A program made the translations under genes and the position numbers. Source: Dehalococcoidia bacterium (GTDB lineage: Bacteria > Chloroflexota > Dehalococcoidia > Lucifugimonadales > UBA3495). Taken from it: 64,000 bases of DNA. The notes beneath the pieces were generated by a model. That model worked only from the letters and a program-made list of their open reading frames with translations. It ran no database searches and had not been told where the DNA came from. Where the stretch lies: NCBI GenBank assembly GCA_964291335.2, contig OZ219748.1, positions 609,479 through 673,478 of the forward strand. The letters run 5' to 3'. Shown one piece after another: positions 28,501 to 37,750 of this stretch (position 1 is the stretch's first letter; each line of letters begins with the position of its first letter).

Positions 28501-29293
28501 GGCGACTCCCACGCCTACACCGACCAACACGCCTACACCGACCAACACGCCCACACCGACGCCTACACCGACCAACACGCCAACGCCAACGCCCACACCG
28601 ACCAATACGCCCACGCCGCCGCCCGGAGTGGTGCGGAGCGCCCCCATTCGGCGGGCGGCGGCAACCCCGACGCCGACCCGCCGGGTGGTGCGGGCAGCAA
28701 CCCGCACGCCGACGCCCACCGCAACCACCACCGCAACCCCGACGGCCACTGCCACCAGCACGCCAACGGCGGCAGACAGGCCCATAGCGGCAATGCGGAC
28801 GCCCACGGCGACCCGGACGGCCCGGCTCGCCGGCGCCGCCACGCCGACCCGGCGGCCGCTGGTCATGCTGCGGACGCCAACCGCCACCTTGCGGGCAATA
28901 CCCACCCGCACCCGGCCCCCGGCAGTAATGCGGACAGCAACGGCCACGCCAGCGCCGACCGCCACCGCCACAGCGATGCCGACCAGGCGGCCCAGCCCGA
29001 CGGCCACCGCCACCGCAACGGCCGTCCCGTTGCTGCCGGACAGCGCCCTGGACGCAGTACGCCCGGAGCCGACGGCCACGACGGCCGCCCCGGCCATGGC
29101 CGCCGCCGAACCGACGGCCACGCCAGTACCCCCGCCCACGGCCACGCCAATACCGCCGACCGCCACGCCGACGCCAGCCACGCCGCCGGAACCCGGAGCC
29201 GGCATCAACTGGCTGCTGTGGGTAATCATCGGGCTGGCGGTAGCCGCGGTAATCGCCGGCGGGGTCTATCTGTACCAGCGGCGGCAGCAGTAG
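25565..29293 (+). CDS. Large cell-surface protein: signal/anchor helix, three Fn3-like domains, about 490-aa Thr/Pro decapeptide repeat stalk, globular beta-sandwich-like domain, conserved C-terminal module with TM anchor
   Basis: 1242 aa as drawn. [25 protein letters not shown]. Fn3-like units ([17 protein letters not shown]...[14 protein letters not shown] and [17 protein letters not shown]...[14 protein letters not shown]). ([10 protein letters not shown])n repeats. Domain [15 protein letters not shown]...LKVRFT. C-terminal [30 protein letters not shown]. The biological start may be 25497, depending on poly(C) length. Confidence 0.85.
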   Translation: MRMRHLHRINPILLGLALIAPLILAVMLASPGRVGASILASFANQSAVPSAPTGFNATAGQSRANLSWTNPNNDTIDYYEYQQKVGDANYGAWAEIPNSHKDTTSARITGLAAGVAHKFKIRARNSAGPGAASAEATATPSAPSLRLFVTAGNGQATLKWELSGPYASVSTWKIWSYSIFENRSWSNEIEICAQVSNAGCPSRRTHTVSSLTNGQEYQIEVILTPSNLVSGLGSFGGYSNAVTFTPSDSAPVPSGTPAAPAGFTATAGGSKATLSWTDPGDETIKNWQYRSKRGGRTYGDWTDIPSSDKDTTTYEVAGLANGTAYAFQVRAVNGAGYGAEPAAQSATPADAPTPTHTPTHTHTPTATPTDTPTPTHTPTATPTDTPTPTHTPTPTHTPTATPTDTPTPTATPTDTPTPTATPTDTPTPTATPTDTPTPTATPTDTPTPTATPTDTPTPTATPTDTPTPTATPTDTPTPTATPTDTPTPTATPTDTPTPTATPTDTPTPTATPTDTPTPTATPTDTPTPTATPTDTPTPTATPTDTPTPTATPTDTPTPTATPTDTPTPTATPTDTPTPTATPTDTPTPTATPTDTPTPTATPTDTPTPTATPTDTPTPTATPTDTPTPTATPTDTPTPTATPTDTPTPTATPTDTPTPTATPTDTPTPTATPTPGGAPTDTPTPTATPTDTPTPTATPTDTPTPTATPTDTPTPTATPTDTPTPTNTPTDTPTPTATPTDTPTPTATPTPGGAPTDTPTPTATPTDTPTPTATPTDTPTPTATPTDTPTPTATPTPGGAPTDTPTDTPTPTATPTPTNTPTDTPTPTSTATPTPTPTATHTPTPDPQSITSGAGTEADPYIIRAANQDIEAAAFFRERVASDGGRLVATWFRFDLTEPMAGRFGASIMTDPTGHNIDTHFRAYNAADEELAKISLVRPETPQMLKTDELTGVSYLTLRLEDWDQPKITSLKVRFTTQPPATPTPTPTNTPTPTNTPTPTPTPTNTPTPTPTPTNTPTPPPGVVRSAPIRRAAATPTPTRRVVRAATRTPTPTATTTATPTATATSTPTAADRPIAAMRTPTATRTARLAGAATPTRRPLVMLRTPTATLRAIPTRTRPPAVMRTATATPAPTATATAMPTRRPSPTATATATAVPLLPDSALDAVRPEPTATTAAPAMAAAEPTATPVPPPTATPIPPTATPTPATPPEPGAGINWLLWVIIGLAVAAVIAGGVYLYQRRQQ
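26617..28098 (+). repeat. Coding tandem repeat, 30-bp period ([10 protein letters not shown] decapeptide), about 48 units with sub-families and higher-order units
   Basis: One sub-family, acacctaccgacacgcccacgccgacggca, runs about 26750-27170. A second, acacccaccgacacgcccacgcctaccgct, runs about 27170-27560. The insert ccaaccccgacggcaacacccacgcccggaggcgca (TPGGAP) recurs near 27556, 27786 and 27926. Confidence 0.9.
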
Positions 29294-29344
29294 TCCAGCA
29301 AGGCCGACCCGGCGGCGCTGCCGCCGCGGTTGCAGCGCAACCAA

Positions 29345-29380
29345 CTACGGGCCGGGCGGAAGTATCCGCCCGGCCCGTAG
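29345..29380 (+). terminator. Strong hairpin downstream of the large surface-protein gene (putative terminator)
   Basis: CTACGGGCCGGGCGGA, loop agta, TCCGCCCGGCCCGTAG: a 16-bp perfect stem followed by cTTTaat (weak U tract). Confidence 0.45.
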
Positions 29381-29667
29381 CTTTAATGGCCGGCCCGGTT
29401 CCGCCGCCTCGGCGGCAAAGCGGCCAGCGCAGCTCCCCTGAAGCCGGGCTGGCGAAAGAAGGTAGTGAGTAATGCGCCGAAGACGCTGCCCGGCAAGCCG
29501 GGGCAGCGCGTCCGGGCCGTCCGTAACGGGCCGGATAAAAGGGATCGAAGGGATAGCAGGGTTCAGAGGCCGGAGACTACGGCGTGCCGGGCAATCAGCC
29601 GGTCAAGGGCTGTTCTGCAATTCCGCTATTTACGCTTCCAGCAGTTCGGCTGCGCCGGTATCGCCGG

Positions 29668-29857
29668 CGGCAACGGCAACGGCCATGGCCGAACCCACGG
29701 CGACGCCAGCGCCACTCCCGACGGCCATACCGCCCACCACCCGGCCCCGCCGGCAGAAACCGGCGGCGTCAACTGGCTGCTGTGGGGAATCATCGGGCTG
29801 GCGGTAGCCGCGGTAATCGCCGGCGGGGTCTATCTGTACCAGCGGCGGCAGCAGTAG
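29668..29857 (+). pseudogene. Frameshifted duplicate of the 3' end (C-terminal module plus TM anchor) of the surface-protein gene
   Basis: One frame reads AMAEPTATPAPLPTAIPPTT. Another reads [33 protein letters not shown]. The last roughly 95 nt plus about 20 nt past the stop are identical to 29218-29312. There is no upstream gene body. Confidence 0.7.
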
Positions 29858-29951
29858 TCCAGCAAGGCCGACCCGGCTGACCAGCCGGTCATTGACGGGC
29901 CGGTCAGCCGGCGAATATGATGGCTGCATCATTGCAGTTGCGAGGTTGGCG

Positions 29952-30746
29952 ATGGCTGCGCAGACGCTGCCCCAAACGCCCCTGGATGCCTGGGAGAATA
30001 TCCGCTCCGGCAAATGGCGGGGGGTAACTGCCGGCGCAGCGCCCGGCTATGTGCAGGCCAACCTGGCAATTTTGCCGCGCTGCCTGGCCTTTGACTTTCT
30101 GCTTTTCTGCCAGCGCAACCCCAGGCCCTGCCCCCTGCTGGAAGTGCTGGAACCCGGACAAGTGGAACCGGTTCTAACCGCTCCGGGCGCCGACATTCGC
30201 ACCGATGTACCCGGCTACCGGATCTATCAGGAGGGGGCGTTCACTGCGGCTGTAGATTCGCTGCTGGATGTCTGGCAGGACGACCTGGTTTCCTTTCTGC
30301 TGGGGTGCAGTTTCTCTTTCGAAACGGCCATGTCCGACGCCGGCATCCCCCTGCGGCACCAGGAGATGGGGTGCAACGTCCCGATGTACGTTACCAATAT
30401 CCCCACCAACCCGGCCGGGAGCTTTGCCGGCCCCATGGTAGTCAGTATGCGCCCGGTCAGCCGGGGCCAGGTCGTCAGGGCAGTGCAGGTAACCTCCCGG
30501 TTCCCGGCCACCCATGGCGCCCCGGTCCACATCGGTTCTCCGGAAGCTATCGGCATCCGCGACCTGGCCCGGCCCGACTTTGGCGACCCGGTAGAGTTCC
30601 GCCCCGGCGAGGAACCGGTGTTCTGGGCCTGCGGGGTAACGCCTCAGGCGGTAGCCCTGAACTGCAAGCCTTCCTTGATGATTACCCATGCCCCGGGCCA
30701 TATGTTTGTAACCAGCCGGCGGGATGCCGATTACGCTGTGTTATAA
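29952..30746 (+). CDS. DUF1445 family protein (UPF0317 putative hydro-lyase / D-glutamate cyclase-like)
   Basis: GYVQANLAILPRCLAFDFLLFCQRNPRPCPLLEV is the family signature. The start is taken at ATG 29952. The track ORF starts at 29892. Confidence 0.8.
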   Translation: MAAQTLPQTPLDAWENIRSGKWRGVTAGAAPGYVQANLAILPRCLAFDFLLFCQRNPRPCPLLEVLEPGQVEPVLTAPGADIRTDVPGYRIYQEGAFTAAVDSLLDVWQDDLVSFLLGCSFSFETAMSDAGIPLRHQEMGCNVPMYVTNIPTNPAGSFAGPMVVSMRPVSRGQVVRAVQVTSRFPATHGAPVHIGSPEAIGIRDLARPDFGDPVEFRPGEEPVFWACGVTPQAVALNCKPSLMITHAPGHMFVTSRRDADYAVL

Positions 30747-30818
30747 TCACGCTGCCCAAAGGATTTCGGCCCGGACGGCGATAGCAGCGCCGGGCGGCAG
30801 TATCAGCCCGGAGACTGG

Positions 30819-31682
30819 ATGCAGCGGACGAACCAGACCATTGAGGACATTATACTGGCCAACGATCGGCGCGGGGTGTCGGAACTGCGGCGCTTCCTGC
30901 CGGCGGACTTCTGCCGCCAGGCCGCTCAATATATCCTGGAGCGCCCCGGCCCGGCTGCCATCATCACCGGCTTTTACATTCTCAGCGCCGGACGACACGA
31001 AACTGACGGGCCGCCCGGCGCAATTGCCATCGGCAATGCCTTGCAGTCCCTGGGCCGCCCGGTAACCTATATCACCGACCGGCATACGGCCCCGATGCTG
31101 CAAGCCTGGCTGGGCAGCCGGAACGCGGTAGTGGATTTCCCCATCACTGACATTCCGGCCAGCCGGCAGCGAGCCAGGGAACTGGTGAGGGAGCTGCAAC
31201 CGGCTTTGCTCATCGCCATTGAGCGCTGTGGGCGTACCGCGAATAACCTTTACCTGAATATGCTGTCCCAGGATATTAGCTGCCACACCGCCCGGCTGGA
31301 CTGCCTTTTCGACCACGGTATCCCCTCGGTCGGGGTTGGCGACGGGGGCAATGAAATCGGCATGGGGAACCTGGCCGAGCATATTCCCTCGGTAAACCGG
31401 CTGCCCGACGAGCCGGCGATTACCCCGGTGGACCGTCTGGTTATCGCCAGCGTCTCCAATTGGGGCGGCTATGGTCTGGTAGCCGCATTGTCTCTACTGG
31501 CCGGCCGTAACCTGCTGCCCTCGGTGGCGGAAGACCGCCGCCTGATTAGCCGGATGGTGGCCGATGGGGCAGTGGACGGCGGTTCCGGTCTGAACCGATA
31601 CTACGTGGATAACTTCACGCTGGCAGAAAACGAGGACCTGTTGATGCGCCTGCATCGGCTGGTGGACGCTGAACTGAAGTAA
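30819..31682 (+). CDS. DUF4392 domain protein (glutamate-cyclase-associated domain)
   Basis: 287 aa with ETDGPPGA and IERCG motifs typical of DUF4392. Adjacent to and co-oriented with the DUF1445 gene. Confidence 0.65.
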   Translation: MQRTNQTIEDIILANDRRGVSELRRFLPADFCRQAAQYILERPGPAAIITGFYILSAGRHETDGPPGAIAIGNALQSLGRPVTYITDRHTAPMLQAWLGSRNAVVDFPITDIPASRQRARELVRELQPALLIAIERCGRTANNLYLNMLSQDISCHTARLDCLFDHGIPSVGVGDGGNEIGMGNLAEHIPSVNRLPDEPAITPVDRLVIASVSNWGGYGLVAALSLLAGRNLLPSVAEDRRLISRMVADGAVDGGSGLNRYYVDNFTLAENEDLLMRLHRLVDAELK

Positions 31683-32025
31683 CCGCGCCAACCACTTTCA
31701 CCTCAATCGCCAGAAAAGGAACCGCAATGGGGCCAATGACCGGCTGAGCAGGGGGGCTTCCTCCGCAAGCTAACCGAAGGGGAGCCGCCCGATACCCAGA
31801 TTTTTGGGCGCTTACCCTTCAATCTGCAAAAGTCGGAAAAACCGGTATGGGTTTCTGATGCGGTTGATTAAATGCAGCCGCGCCTGGGCGCATAGCGGTT
31901 AACTAACTACCGATTAGACTATCCGGCAACCCCCGCCTTCGCGAAAATCCTGCGGTTCCCCCGCCAGGGAGGCGGTTGCCGGCTGATCTACTCTCCGCTA
32001 TCCGGCAGCCAGCGGCAGCCCGCAA

Positions 32026-34023
32026 TCAGCCGGACAGGGTGCGTTCCTCCAATGCCAACACTCGACGCAGCTCGAGAATCTCGTCCCGCACCTGGGCGGC
32101 TTTTTCGAACTCCAGGTTGCGCGCCGCCTCTTTCATCTGCGCTTCCAAATCCTTGATTACCCGGAACATATCCTCCCGGGAGAGTTCCTGGCGCATTACC
32201 CGGTAACCGGCCCGGCTCTCTCCAATGGCTTTGATGCCTTCCGTAATGTCATGAACCGCCTTCTGGATGGATTGGGGTTCGATGCTGTTCTCCCGATTGT
32301 GAACATCCTGAATATTGCGGCGGCGGTAGGTTTCATCGATGGCCCGTTTCATGGAATCGGTTACCCGGTCGGCGTACATGATGACGTGGCCTTCGGCGTG
32401 GCGGGCCGCCCGGCCAATGGTCTGAATCAGCGCCGTGGTAGAACGCAAATAGCCTTCTTTATCCGCATCCAGCACTGCCACCAGGCTGACTTCCGGCAAG
32501 TCCAGACCTTCCCGCAGCAAGTTAATGCCCACCACCACGTCATAGACCCCCAGCCTCAAGTCCCGCAGAATCTCCACCCGTTCCAGGGTATGAATGTCCG
32601 AATGAAGGTAGTGGTTGCGAATGCCCATCTCCGAAAGGAAATCGGCCAATTCCTCTGCCATCCGCTTGGTCAACGTAGTAACCAGGCAGCGCTGTTCCCG
32701 CTCCACCCGCAGTTTAATCTGGTGCAGCAGGTCGTCAATCTGCCCCGCTGACGGTTTAACCTCTATCGTAGGGTCCAGCAACCCGGTAGGCCGGATAACC
32801 TGTTCCACCACGGCAGAACAATGCTCCATTTCATAAGGCCCCGGCGTGGCGGAAACATAGATTGCCTGGTTAATGTGCCGCTCGAACTCGCCAAAGTTCA
32901 GGGGCCGGTTATCCAGGGCCGAAGGCAGCCGGAAGCCGTAATCGACCAGCGTCCGCTTCCGGGCCAGGTCGCCATGATACATACCGCGGATTTGGGGCAG
33001 CGTCATGTGGGACTCATCCACCAGCATCAGGTAGTCGTCGGGGAAATAGTCCAACAATGTATGGGGCGGAGTACCCGGCCCGCGACGGGCAAGATGCCGG
33101 GCGTAGTTCTCCACCCCGGCGCAAAAGCCGGTTTCCTGAAGCATTTCCAGGTCGTAGTGGGTCCGGCTTTCCAGCCGGGCCGCCTCCAGCACCTTTTCCT
33201 CGCTTTTCAGTTCAGCCAGCCGCTCGGTCAGTTCATCCCGAATATCGGCGCAGGCCAGGGCCAGCTTCTCCTGACTGGTTACGAAGTGCTTGGCCGGGTA
33301 GATTGCCACCTCCTCCTGCTGCCTCAGCACCTCGCCGGTCAAAGGGTCAAGGGTTGCGATGCGTTCCACCTCATCGCCAAAAAACTGGATTCGAATAGCC
33401 ACTTCTTCGTAGGCCGGCACCAGTTCCAGGGTATCGCCCCGCACCCGAAACTTGCCCCGGGAAAGGTCCAGGTCATTGCGGTCATACTGCATTTCGATCA
33501 GCTGGCGAAGCAGGCGGCTGCGTTCCCGGATTTCGCCAACCCTGACTTGCGCCACCAGGTTAAAGTAGTCCTGCGGATCCCCCAGTCCGTAAATGCAGGA
33601 TACTGAAGCAACAATCAGCACATCCCGCCGGGTCAGCAGGGAGGTAGTCGCTGAAAGGCGCAGCTTATCCAGTTCCTCATTAATGCTGGCATCCTTTTCC
33701 ACGTAGGTATCAGTGCGCGGCACATAGGCTTCGGGCTGATAATAATCGTAGTAGGAAACGAAATACTCCACCGCATTGTTGGGGAAGAACTCCTTAAACT
33801 CGGTAGCCAGTTGAGCCGCCAGGGTTTTGTTGTGGGCGATAACCAGGGTAGGCCGCTGAACTTCCTGGATTATGTTGGCCATAGTAAAAGTCTTGCCGCT
33901 GCCGGTTACCCCCATCAATGCCTGCTGCACCGTGCCCTCTTGCACCCCTTGAGCAAGCCGGGCTACCGCCCGGGGCTGGTCGCCGGTCATCTGAAAATCC
34001 GAGGCTAGCTGGAATGCAGGCAT
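32026..34023 (-). CDS. uvrB: Excinuclease ABC subunit B
   Basis: [13 protein letters not shown] Walker A, DESH box, and a C-terminal UVR domain ([15 protein letters not shown]). Confidence 0.96.
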   Translation of the reverse strand: MPAFQLASDFQMTGDQPRAVARLAQGVQEGTVQQALMGVTGSGKTFTMANIIQEVQRPTLVIAHNKTLAAQLATEFKEFFPNNAVEYFVSYYDYYQPEAYVPRTDTYVEKDASINEELDKLRLSATTSLLTRRDVLIVASVSCIYGLGDPQDYFNLVAQVRVGEIRERSRLLRQLIEMQYDRNDLDLSRGKFRVRGDTLELVPAYEEVAIRIQFFGDEVERIATLDPLTGEVLRQQEEVAIYPAKHFVTSQEKLALACADIRDELTERLAELKSEEKVLEAARLESRTHYDLEMLQETGFCAGVENYARHLARRGPGTPPHTLLDYFPDDYLMLVDESHMTLPQIRGMYHGDLARKRTLVDYGFRLPSALDNRPLNFGEFERHINQAIYVSATPGPYEMEHCSAVVEQVIRPTGLLDPTIEVKPSAGQIDDLLHQIKLRVEREQRCLVTTLTKRMAEELADFLSEMGIRNHYLHSDIHTLERVEILRDLRLGVYDVVVGINLLREGLDLPEVSLVAVLDADKEGYLRSTTALIQTIGRAARHAEGHVIMYADRVTDSMKRAIDETYRRRNIQDVHNRENSIEPQSIQKAVHDITEGIKAIGESRAGYRVMRQELSREDMFRVIKDLEAQMKEAARNLEFEKAAQVRDEILELRRVLALEERTLSG

Positions 34024-34101
34024 GGCGCAGTTCCCTCATACTTCAACGTTTCGATACCCGGTGAATGCGGATGTTTTTTGCTGAATGAGGTTCCGGCAGG
34101 T

Positions 34102-34683
34102 TTATGCGCTTCCGATATGCAGCAAAGCCTGCCGTATATAATCCTCTACGGTCAGCTCGGGAGAGCGGGGCAGGCTGGCTACAGCCCGGCGCGCCTCGGC
34201 GCTGGAGTAGCCCAGCGCAGTAAGGGCAGCAATAACCTCGCTGTCGCCGCCAATGGGGGCGGCTGCCAGCTTGTCCGGTTCCAGTTCCACCTTGCCTTTA
34301 AGCTCCAGGATAATGCGACTGGCAGTGCGGCGGCCAACCCCGGAAACGCTGCCAAGCGTAGCTGCATCCTCTTCGGCAATGGCCTTTCGCAAACCGGCCG
34401 CTCCAAGGTCAGACAACAGGGACAGGGACATACGGGGGCCCACCCCGGTTACGCCGGTGGTCAGCAGGAACAGATCCAGGGCCGCTTTGCTGGTAAATCC
34501 GTAGAGAACCGGCTGATCATTGAGAAAACGCAGATAGGTAAAGAGATTGACCTGGCTGCCCGTGGAACCCAGGCTGCCAATGTCGGAAGCGGGGATAATA
34601 ATCTGGAGGGTGATGCCACCCACGGCCAGATGGACCCAATCGCTGCCGACGCCGGCCAGGATACCGGTAACGCCGACCAGCAT
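34102..34683 (-). CDS. ruvA: Holliday junction DNA helicase RuvA
   Basis: 193 aa with an OB N-domain, HhH motifs (GVGPRMSLSLLS, VSGVGRRTASRIILELKGK) and C-terminal domain III. Confidence 0.9.
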   Translation of the reverse strand: MLVGVTGILAGVGSDWVHLAVGGITLQIIIPASDIGSLGSTGSQVNLFTYLRFLNDQPVLYGFTSKAALDLFLLTTGVTGVGPRMSLSLLSDLGAAGLRKAIAEEDAATLGSVSGVGRRTASRIILELKGKVELEPDKLAAAPIGGDSEVIAALTALGYSSAEARRAVASLPRSPELTVEDYIRQALLHIGSA

Positions 34684-34686
34684 GCT

Positions 34687-35208
34687 TCAGCGCTCCAGGC
34701 CGGGGGGAATCTCCCGGGTCAATACCGTCCGGGCTCCGCTCTGAATGAGGTGGCACAAGCCTACCGAAAGGGCATCAGCAGCGTCAGAATCGGGCAGATT
34801 CGCCATTCCCAGCGTTGCGGCCACCACCCGCTGCATCTGTTCCTTGGATGCGGCGCCGTAGTCGGCCACCGACCGCTTAACCTCGGCCGGCGTGTAGCGA
34901 TACACCGCCAACCCGGCGCTGGCAGCGGCAATGAGAACCAGCGCCTGGGCCTGGCCTACCGCTATGGCCGGGCCGATGAACTGCCGCTGACCCTTACCGA
35001 CGAAGGGTTCTTCCACCGCAACCGCCTCCGGCTGAAAAATGCTGAGCATGTTCCGGACGTGGGTGAAAAGTTGATAGAGCCGCTCTTCAATGGGCCAGGT
35101 CTTGGGCAAGGCCACCACGCCGTAATCTTCCACTTCCGGGCGCGGCTCGCCCCGGAGCATGCCATAACCCATCTTTACCGTACCCGGATCAATAGCCAGC
35201 ACGCGCAT
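34687..35208 (-). CDS. ruvC: Crossover junction endodeoxyribonuclease RuvC
   Basis: MRVLAIDPGTVKMGYG N-terminus with the catalytic Asp, and DAADALSVGLCH near the C-terminus. Confidence 0.92.
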   Translation of the reverse strand: MRVLAIDPGTVKMGYGMLRGEPRPEVEDYGVVALPKTWPIEERLYQLFTHVRNMLSIFQPEAVAVEEPFVGKGQRQFIGPAIAVGQAQALVLIAAASAGLAVYRYTPAEVKRSVADYGAASKEQMQRVVAATLGMANLPDSDAADALSVGLCHLIQSGARTVLTREIPPGLER

Positions 35209-35246
35209 TGTTACATCACATCAAGACGGAAGCGGAGAAATTAACG

Positions 35247-36014
35247 CTATGAAGCAGCCCCATACCGCTCCAGCACTTCCGGCGGAAAATCGGCATTGGT
35301 ATAAGCCTTCTGCACGTCGGCCAGGTCCTCCAACGAATCCAGCAACCTGAGGGTTTGCTCCGCCGCCCGGTCATCCAAAGCAACCGTGGCCCGGGGCACC
35401 AGGGAAATATCCGAAGAAGCAAGGGTTACCCCCGCTTCGATTAACGCCTGCTGCGCGTCCTGCAAACTTTCCGGAGCGGTATAGATTTCAACCACACCGT
35501 CCTCGATTTTAACGTCTTCAGCGCCGGCATCAATGGCGACCAAACCCAGTTCCTCTGCCTGATTTTCGTCCGCCATTTCAATGGTAAGGACGCCCCTGGT
35601 CTCGAAGTTCCAGGCCACACAGCCGGATTCCCCCAGACTACCGCCCCCTTTGCTGAAAGCCGAGCGCACTTCAGCGGCGGTACGATTGCGATTATCGGTG
35701 AGGGCCTGAAGCAGGATCGCTCCGCCGCCCGGCCCATAACCTTCATAAGTGATTTCAACCAGGCTGACGCCGCTTTCCCCAGACTCGCCAGTACCCCGCT
35801 TGACGGCGCGGGCGATGCTGTCCTGGGGCATATTGTTGGAGCGGGCCTTGTCAATAGCCAAACGCAGCCGGAAATTCATATCCGGGTCCCCGCTGCCGCC
35901 CTGACTGGCCGCCAGCGTGATGTCTCGCGCCAGCCTGGTGAACAAGGCGCCCCGTTTGGCATCCGCTGCGCCTTTAGCCCGCTTAATCGTTGACCATTTG
36001 GAATGTCCTGACAT
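35247..36014 (-). CDS. YebC/PmpR family DNA-binding transcriptional regulator
   Basis: MSGHSKWSTIKRAKGAADAKRG is the canonical N-terminus. The track ORF extends 35 codons upstream to 36119. Confidence 0.9.
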   Translation of the reverse strand: MSGHSKWSTIKRAKGAADAKRGALFTRLARDITLAASQGGSGDPDMNFRLRLAIDKARSNNMPQDSIARAVKRGTGESGESGVSLVEITYEGYGPGGGAILLQALTDNRNRTAAEVRSAFSKGGGSLGESGCVAWNFETRGVLTIEMADENQAEELGLVAIDAGAEDVKIEDGVVEIYTAPESLQDAQQALIEAGVTLASSDISLVPRATVALDDRAAEQTLRLLDSLEDLADVQKAYTNADFPPEVLERYGAAS

Positions 36015-36300
36015 TACGGTTGCCTCCTTAGCAGCACAACGACCAGCACCCGCCGGACCAGGGCCGCTGTCGCAGCATACGCACACCGCCACCGGTAGAT
36101 ACGATTTTAGCACCCGCAACCCGGACGGTCAAAAGGAAAACGGCAAGAAAAATGGCGCAGAACCTGGTTAATCGAGCAACACGGTTCCGGCTTTAAGCAG
36201 CCCGGGTATTGCGTCAAGGAAGCGATTGGCTCCAGCAGCAGGGGTTGACCGGAACATTGCTGCCGGGGAAGGCCGGGTCAGCCGGCCCTTCACGGCGGAA

Positions 36301-36867
36301 TTAACGCAGCCCATCCATTAACCGCACCGTCATGGTTCCTGCCTCCAGGTCAACCGCCCGGATTACCCGGCTCAGGGCTGGAAGCAGAACTTCGCCGGAA
36401 TCTCCGCGAACCAGGTAAACATCATTGCTGCCCGTTTCTATAATTTCGGCAACACGGCCCAGCTCCTCCCCTTCCTCGGTAACCACCCGGAGATTCAGCA
36501 GTTGATAATGATAGAATTCACCCGGTGGAAGACTGGGAGCCGATGCCGTCGGGACGGTAATTTCCTGCCCCTGGTATGCCCGCACTTCCGCCGCCGTCTC
36601 TAGTCCGGACAGCTTCAGAATTACCAGATTGGGCGGCTGAAACGAGGATGCCATTACTTCGCGGGGCAATCCCTGAAGGTAGAGCCGCTGACCGGGGTCA
36701 AATCGCTGCGGAAAGTCGCTGAACGCTTTTGCCCGCAGCTCGCCGGCAACGCCATGGGGGCCAAGGACAACCGCGACAACAACCGGACCTGGTTTGCCGG
36801 GGCCAGGAATGCCATCAACAGCGCTCAAGGGGTGATCGACAAGCTGGAATGTGGAACGTAAACTCAA
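36301..36867 (-). CDS. rimM: Ribosome maturation factor RimM
   Basis: PRC-barrel/RimM pattern (VLGPHGVAGELR, FYHYQL, VLLPAL) and the conserved rpsP-KH-rimM order. Confidence 0.85.
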   Translation of the reverse strand: MSLRSTFQLVDHPLSAVDGIPGPGKPGPVVVAVVLGPHGVAGELRAKAFSDFPQRFDPGQRLYLQGLPREVMASSFQPPNLVILKLSGLETAAEVRAYQGQEITVPTASAPSLPPGEFYHYQLLNLRVVTEEGEELGRVAEIIETGSNDVYLVRGDSGEVLLPALSRVIRAVDLEAGTMTVRLMDGLR

Positions 36868-36894
36868 GTTTGGGTTGGGGTATCTGCCAAAGAG

Positions 36895-37122
36895 CTAGAC
36901 GATTTCCAGAATGGCGCGGGTTCCTTCCTTCACCGCCGCTACCCGCAGCAGCACCCGCATGGCCTGGGCCACGCGTCCCTGACGGCCAATAACTTTGCCT
37001 TTATCCTCCGGAGCCACCTCCAGCCGGAGAACAACCTGGCCGTCTTCCACCGTCTCGGTTACAACCACTGCATCGGGGTTTGAGGCCAGGGAACGGGCAA
37101 TATACTCAATCAACTCTTTCAT
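36895..37122 (-). CDS. KH domain RNA-binding protein (YlqC/UPF0109 family)
   Basis: 75 aa, with GKVIGRQGRVAQAMRVLL as the KH GxxG motif. Overlaps the rpsP stop. Confidence 0.85.
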   Translation of the reverse strand: MKELIEYIARSLASNPDAVVVTETVEDGQVVLRLEVAPEDKGKVIGRQGRVAQAMRVLLRVAAVKEGTRAILEIV

Positions 37123-37403
37123 TCAACCAACTCTGCTTCCGATGCTCCCGCCGAGTTGACCGCATCGTAAATACCCTGCCAGTCAAAGATGCGTTTTACC
37201 GCCTCGGAGGGCTGGGCTCCCCGCTGTAGCCAGGCAACAGCTCGCTCCTTCTTGAGAGTTATCGCCGGCGGATCCACCATCGGGTCGTATTGACCGATCC
37301 ATTCAATAAAGGCGCCATCGCGAGGCGCCAACGCCTCGGCGACCACAATCCGGTATGCGGGACTACCTTTCTTCCCTACCCTTCTCAAACGAATTCGCAG
37401 CAT
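37119..37403 (-). CDS. rpsP: 30S ribosomal protein S16
   Basis: MLRIRLRRVGKKGSPAYRIVVAE is the canonical S16 N-terminus. Confidence 0.95.
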   Translation of the reverse strand: MLRIRLRRVGKKGSPAYRIVVAEALAPRDGAFIEWIGQYDPMVDPPAITLKKERAVAWLQRGAQPSEAVKRIFDWQGIYDAVNSAGASEAELVE

Positions 37404-37518
37404 AGAAACCCCAATAGCCTGACTTTGTCCAGCAGTTTTCCTGGCAGCATTGTACGTTGGCGCAGCCCGGCTGTCAACGTAAACTGATTAACCCTGTGGC
37501 CGGGTTATGACCAATAAA

Positions 37519-37750
37519 GGGCGCCTGTCCTGAAAGAGGATCAATAAGGCCTGAAGCCTTGTTCTGTAGCTGAGGAACTTAAAAGGGTTCGGGCCCAGCC
37601 AATCTGGATGAAGGCGCCCCCCAGGAAAATCAGGGTCTCGGGGGCGATGATAGGCATTGGCCTGGGCCCGACTGACGGGTGCTTAATTCGCGCAAAAGGT
37701 TACGGGAGGTTCACCCCGTCGTGTCCAGACTGATGCCTATCATCGCCCCC
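37519..37750. other. Structured intergenic region: two adjacent closed helices (candidate cis-regulatory or small RNA, family not recognised)
   Basis: Helix 1: GGGCGCC (37519-37525) pairs with GGCGCCC (37613-37619) and encloses sub-hairpin AAGGC-ctga-GCCTT. Helix 2: an 18-bp perfect inverted repeat, GGGGGCGATGATAGGCAT (37640-37657) with ATGCCTATCATCGCCCCC (37733-37750), enclosing 75 nt that can pair further (GACGGGTG with CACCCCGTC). Confidence 0.4.

Noticed and set aside
29170-29293. The C-terminus [36 protein letters not shown] looked like a PEP-CTERM (exosortase) sorting signal.
   Set aside because: The PEP tripeptide is not conserved in the paralog (PEEPGG) or in the duplicated fragment (PAETGG). 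No exosortase gene is in the window, and the conserved element is GG(I/V)NWLLW plus a TM helix. It is treated as a plain C-terminal membrane anchor.
25997-29344. Very long alternative-frame and antisense ORFs across the Thr/Pro repeat: 1115 aa (-), 614 aa (+, 26406-28250), 587 aa (-, 26572-28335) and 268 aa (-). They are rich in Arg/Gly/Cys or Val/Gly.
   Set aside because: They are a by-product of a perfectly periodic GC-rich repeat that lacks stop codons in any frame. Their compositions (RRGRCC, VGVGV) are not protein-like. The + frame gives coherent Fn3 domains, a signal helix and a TM anchor.
34078-35244. 388-aa plus-strand ORF.
   Set aside because: It is antisense to ruvA and ruvC, both clearly identified.
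37640-37750. A 111-nt hairpin starting GGGGG and ending CCCCC looked like a 4.5S/SRP RNA. tmRNA, 6S and RNase P were also considered for 37500-37760.
   Set aside because: Neither strand has the conserved SRP domain IV core (GGUCCGGAAGGAAGCAGCC-like, GNAR tetraloop context). There is no tmRNA tRNA-like 3' end or tag ORF, and no RNase P GAGGAAAGUCC core. It is kept only as an unassigned structured element.
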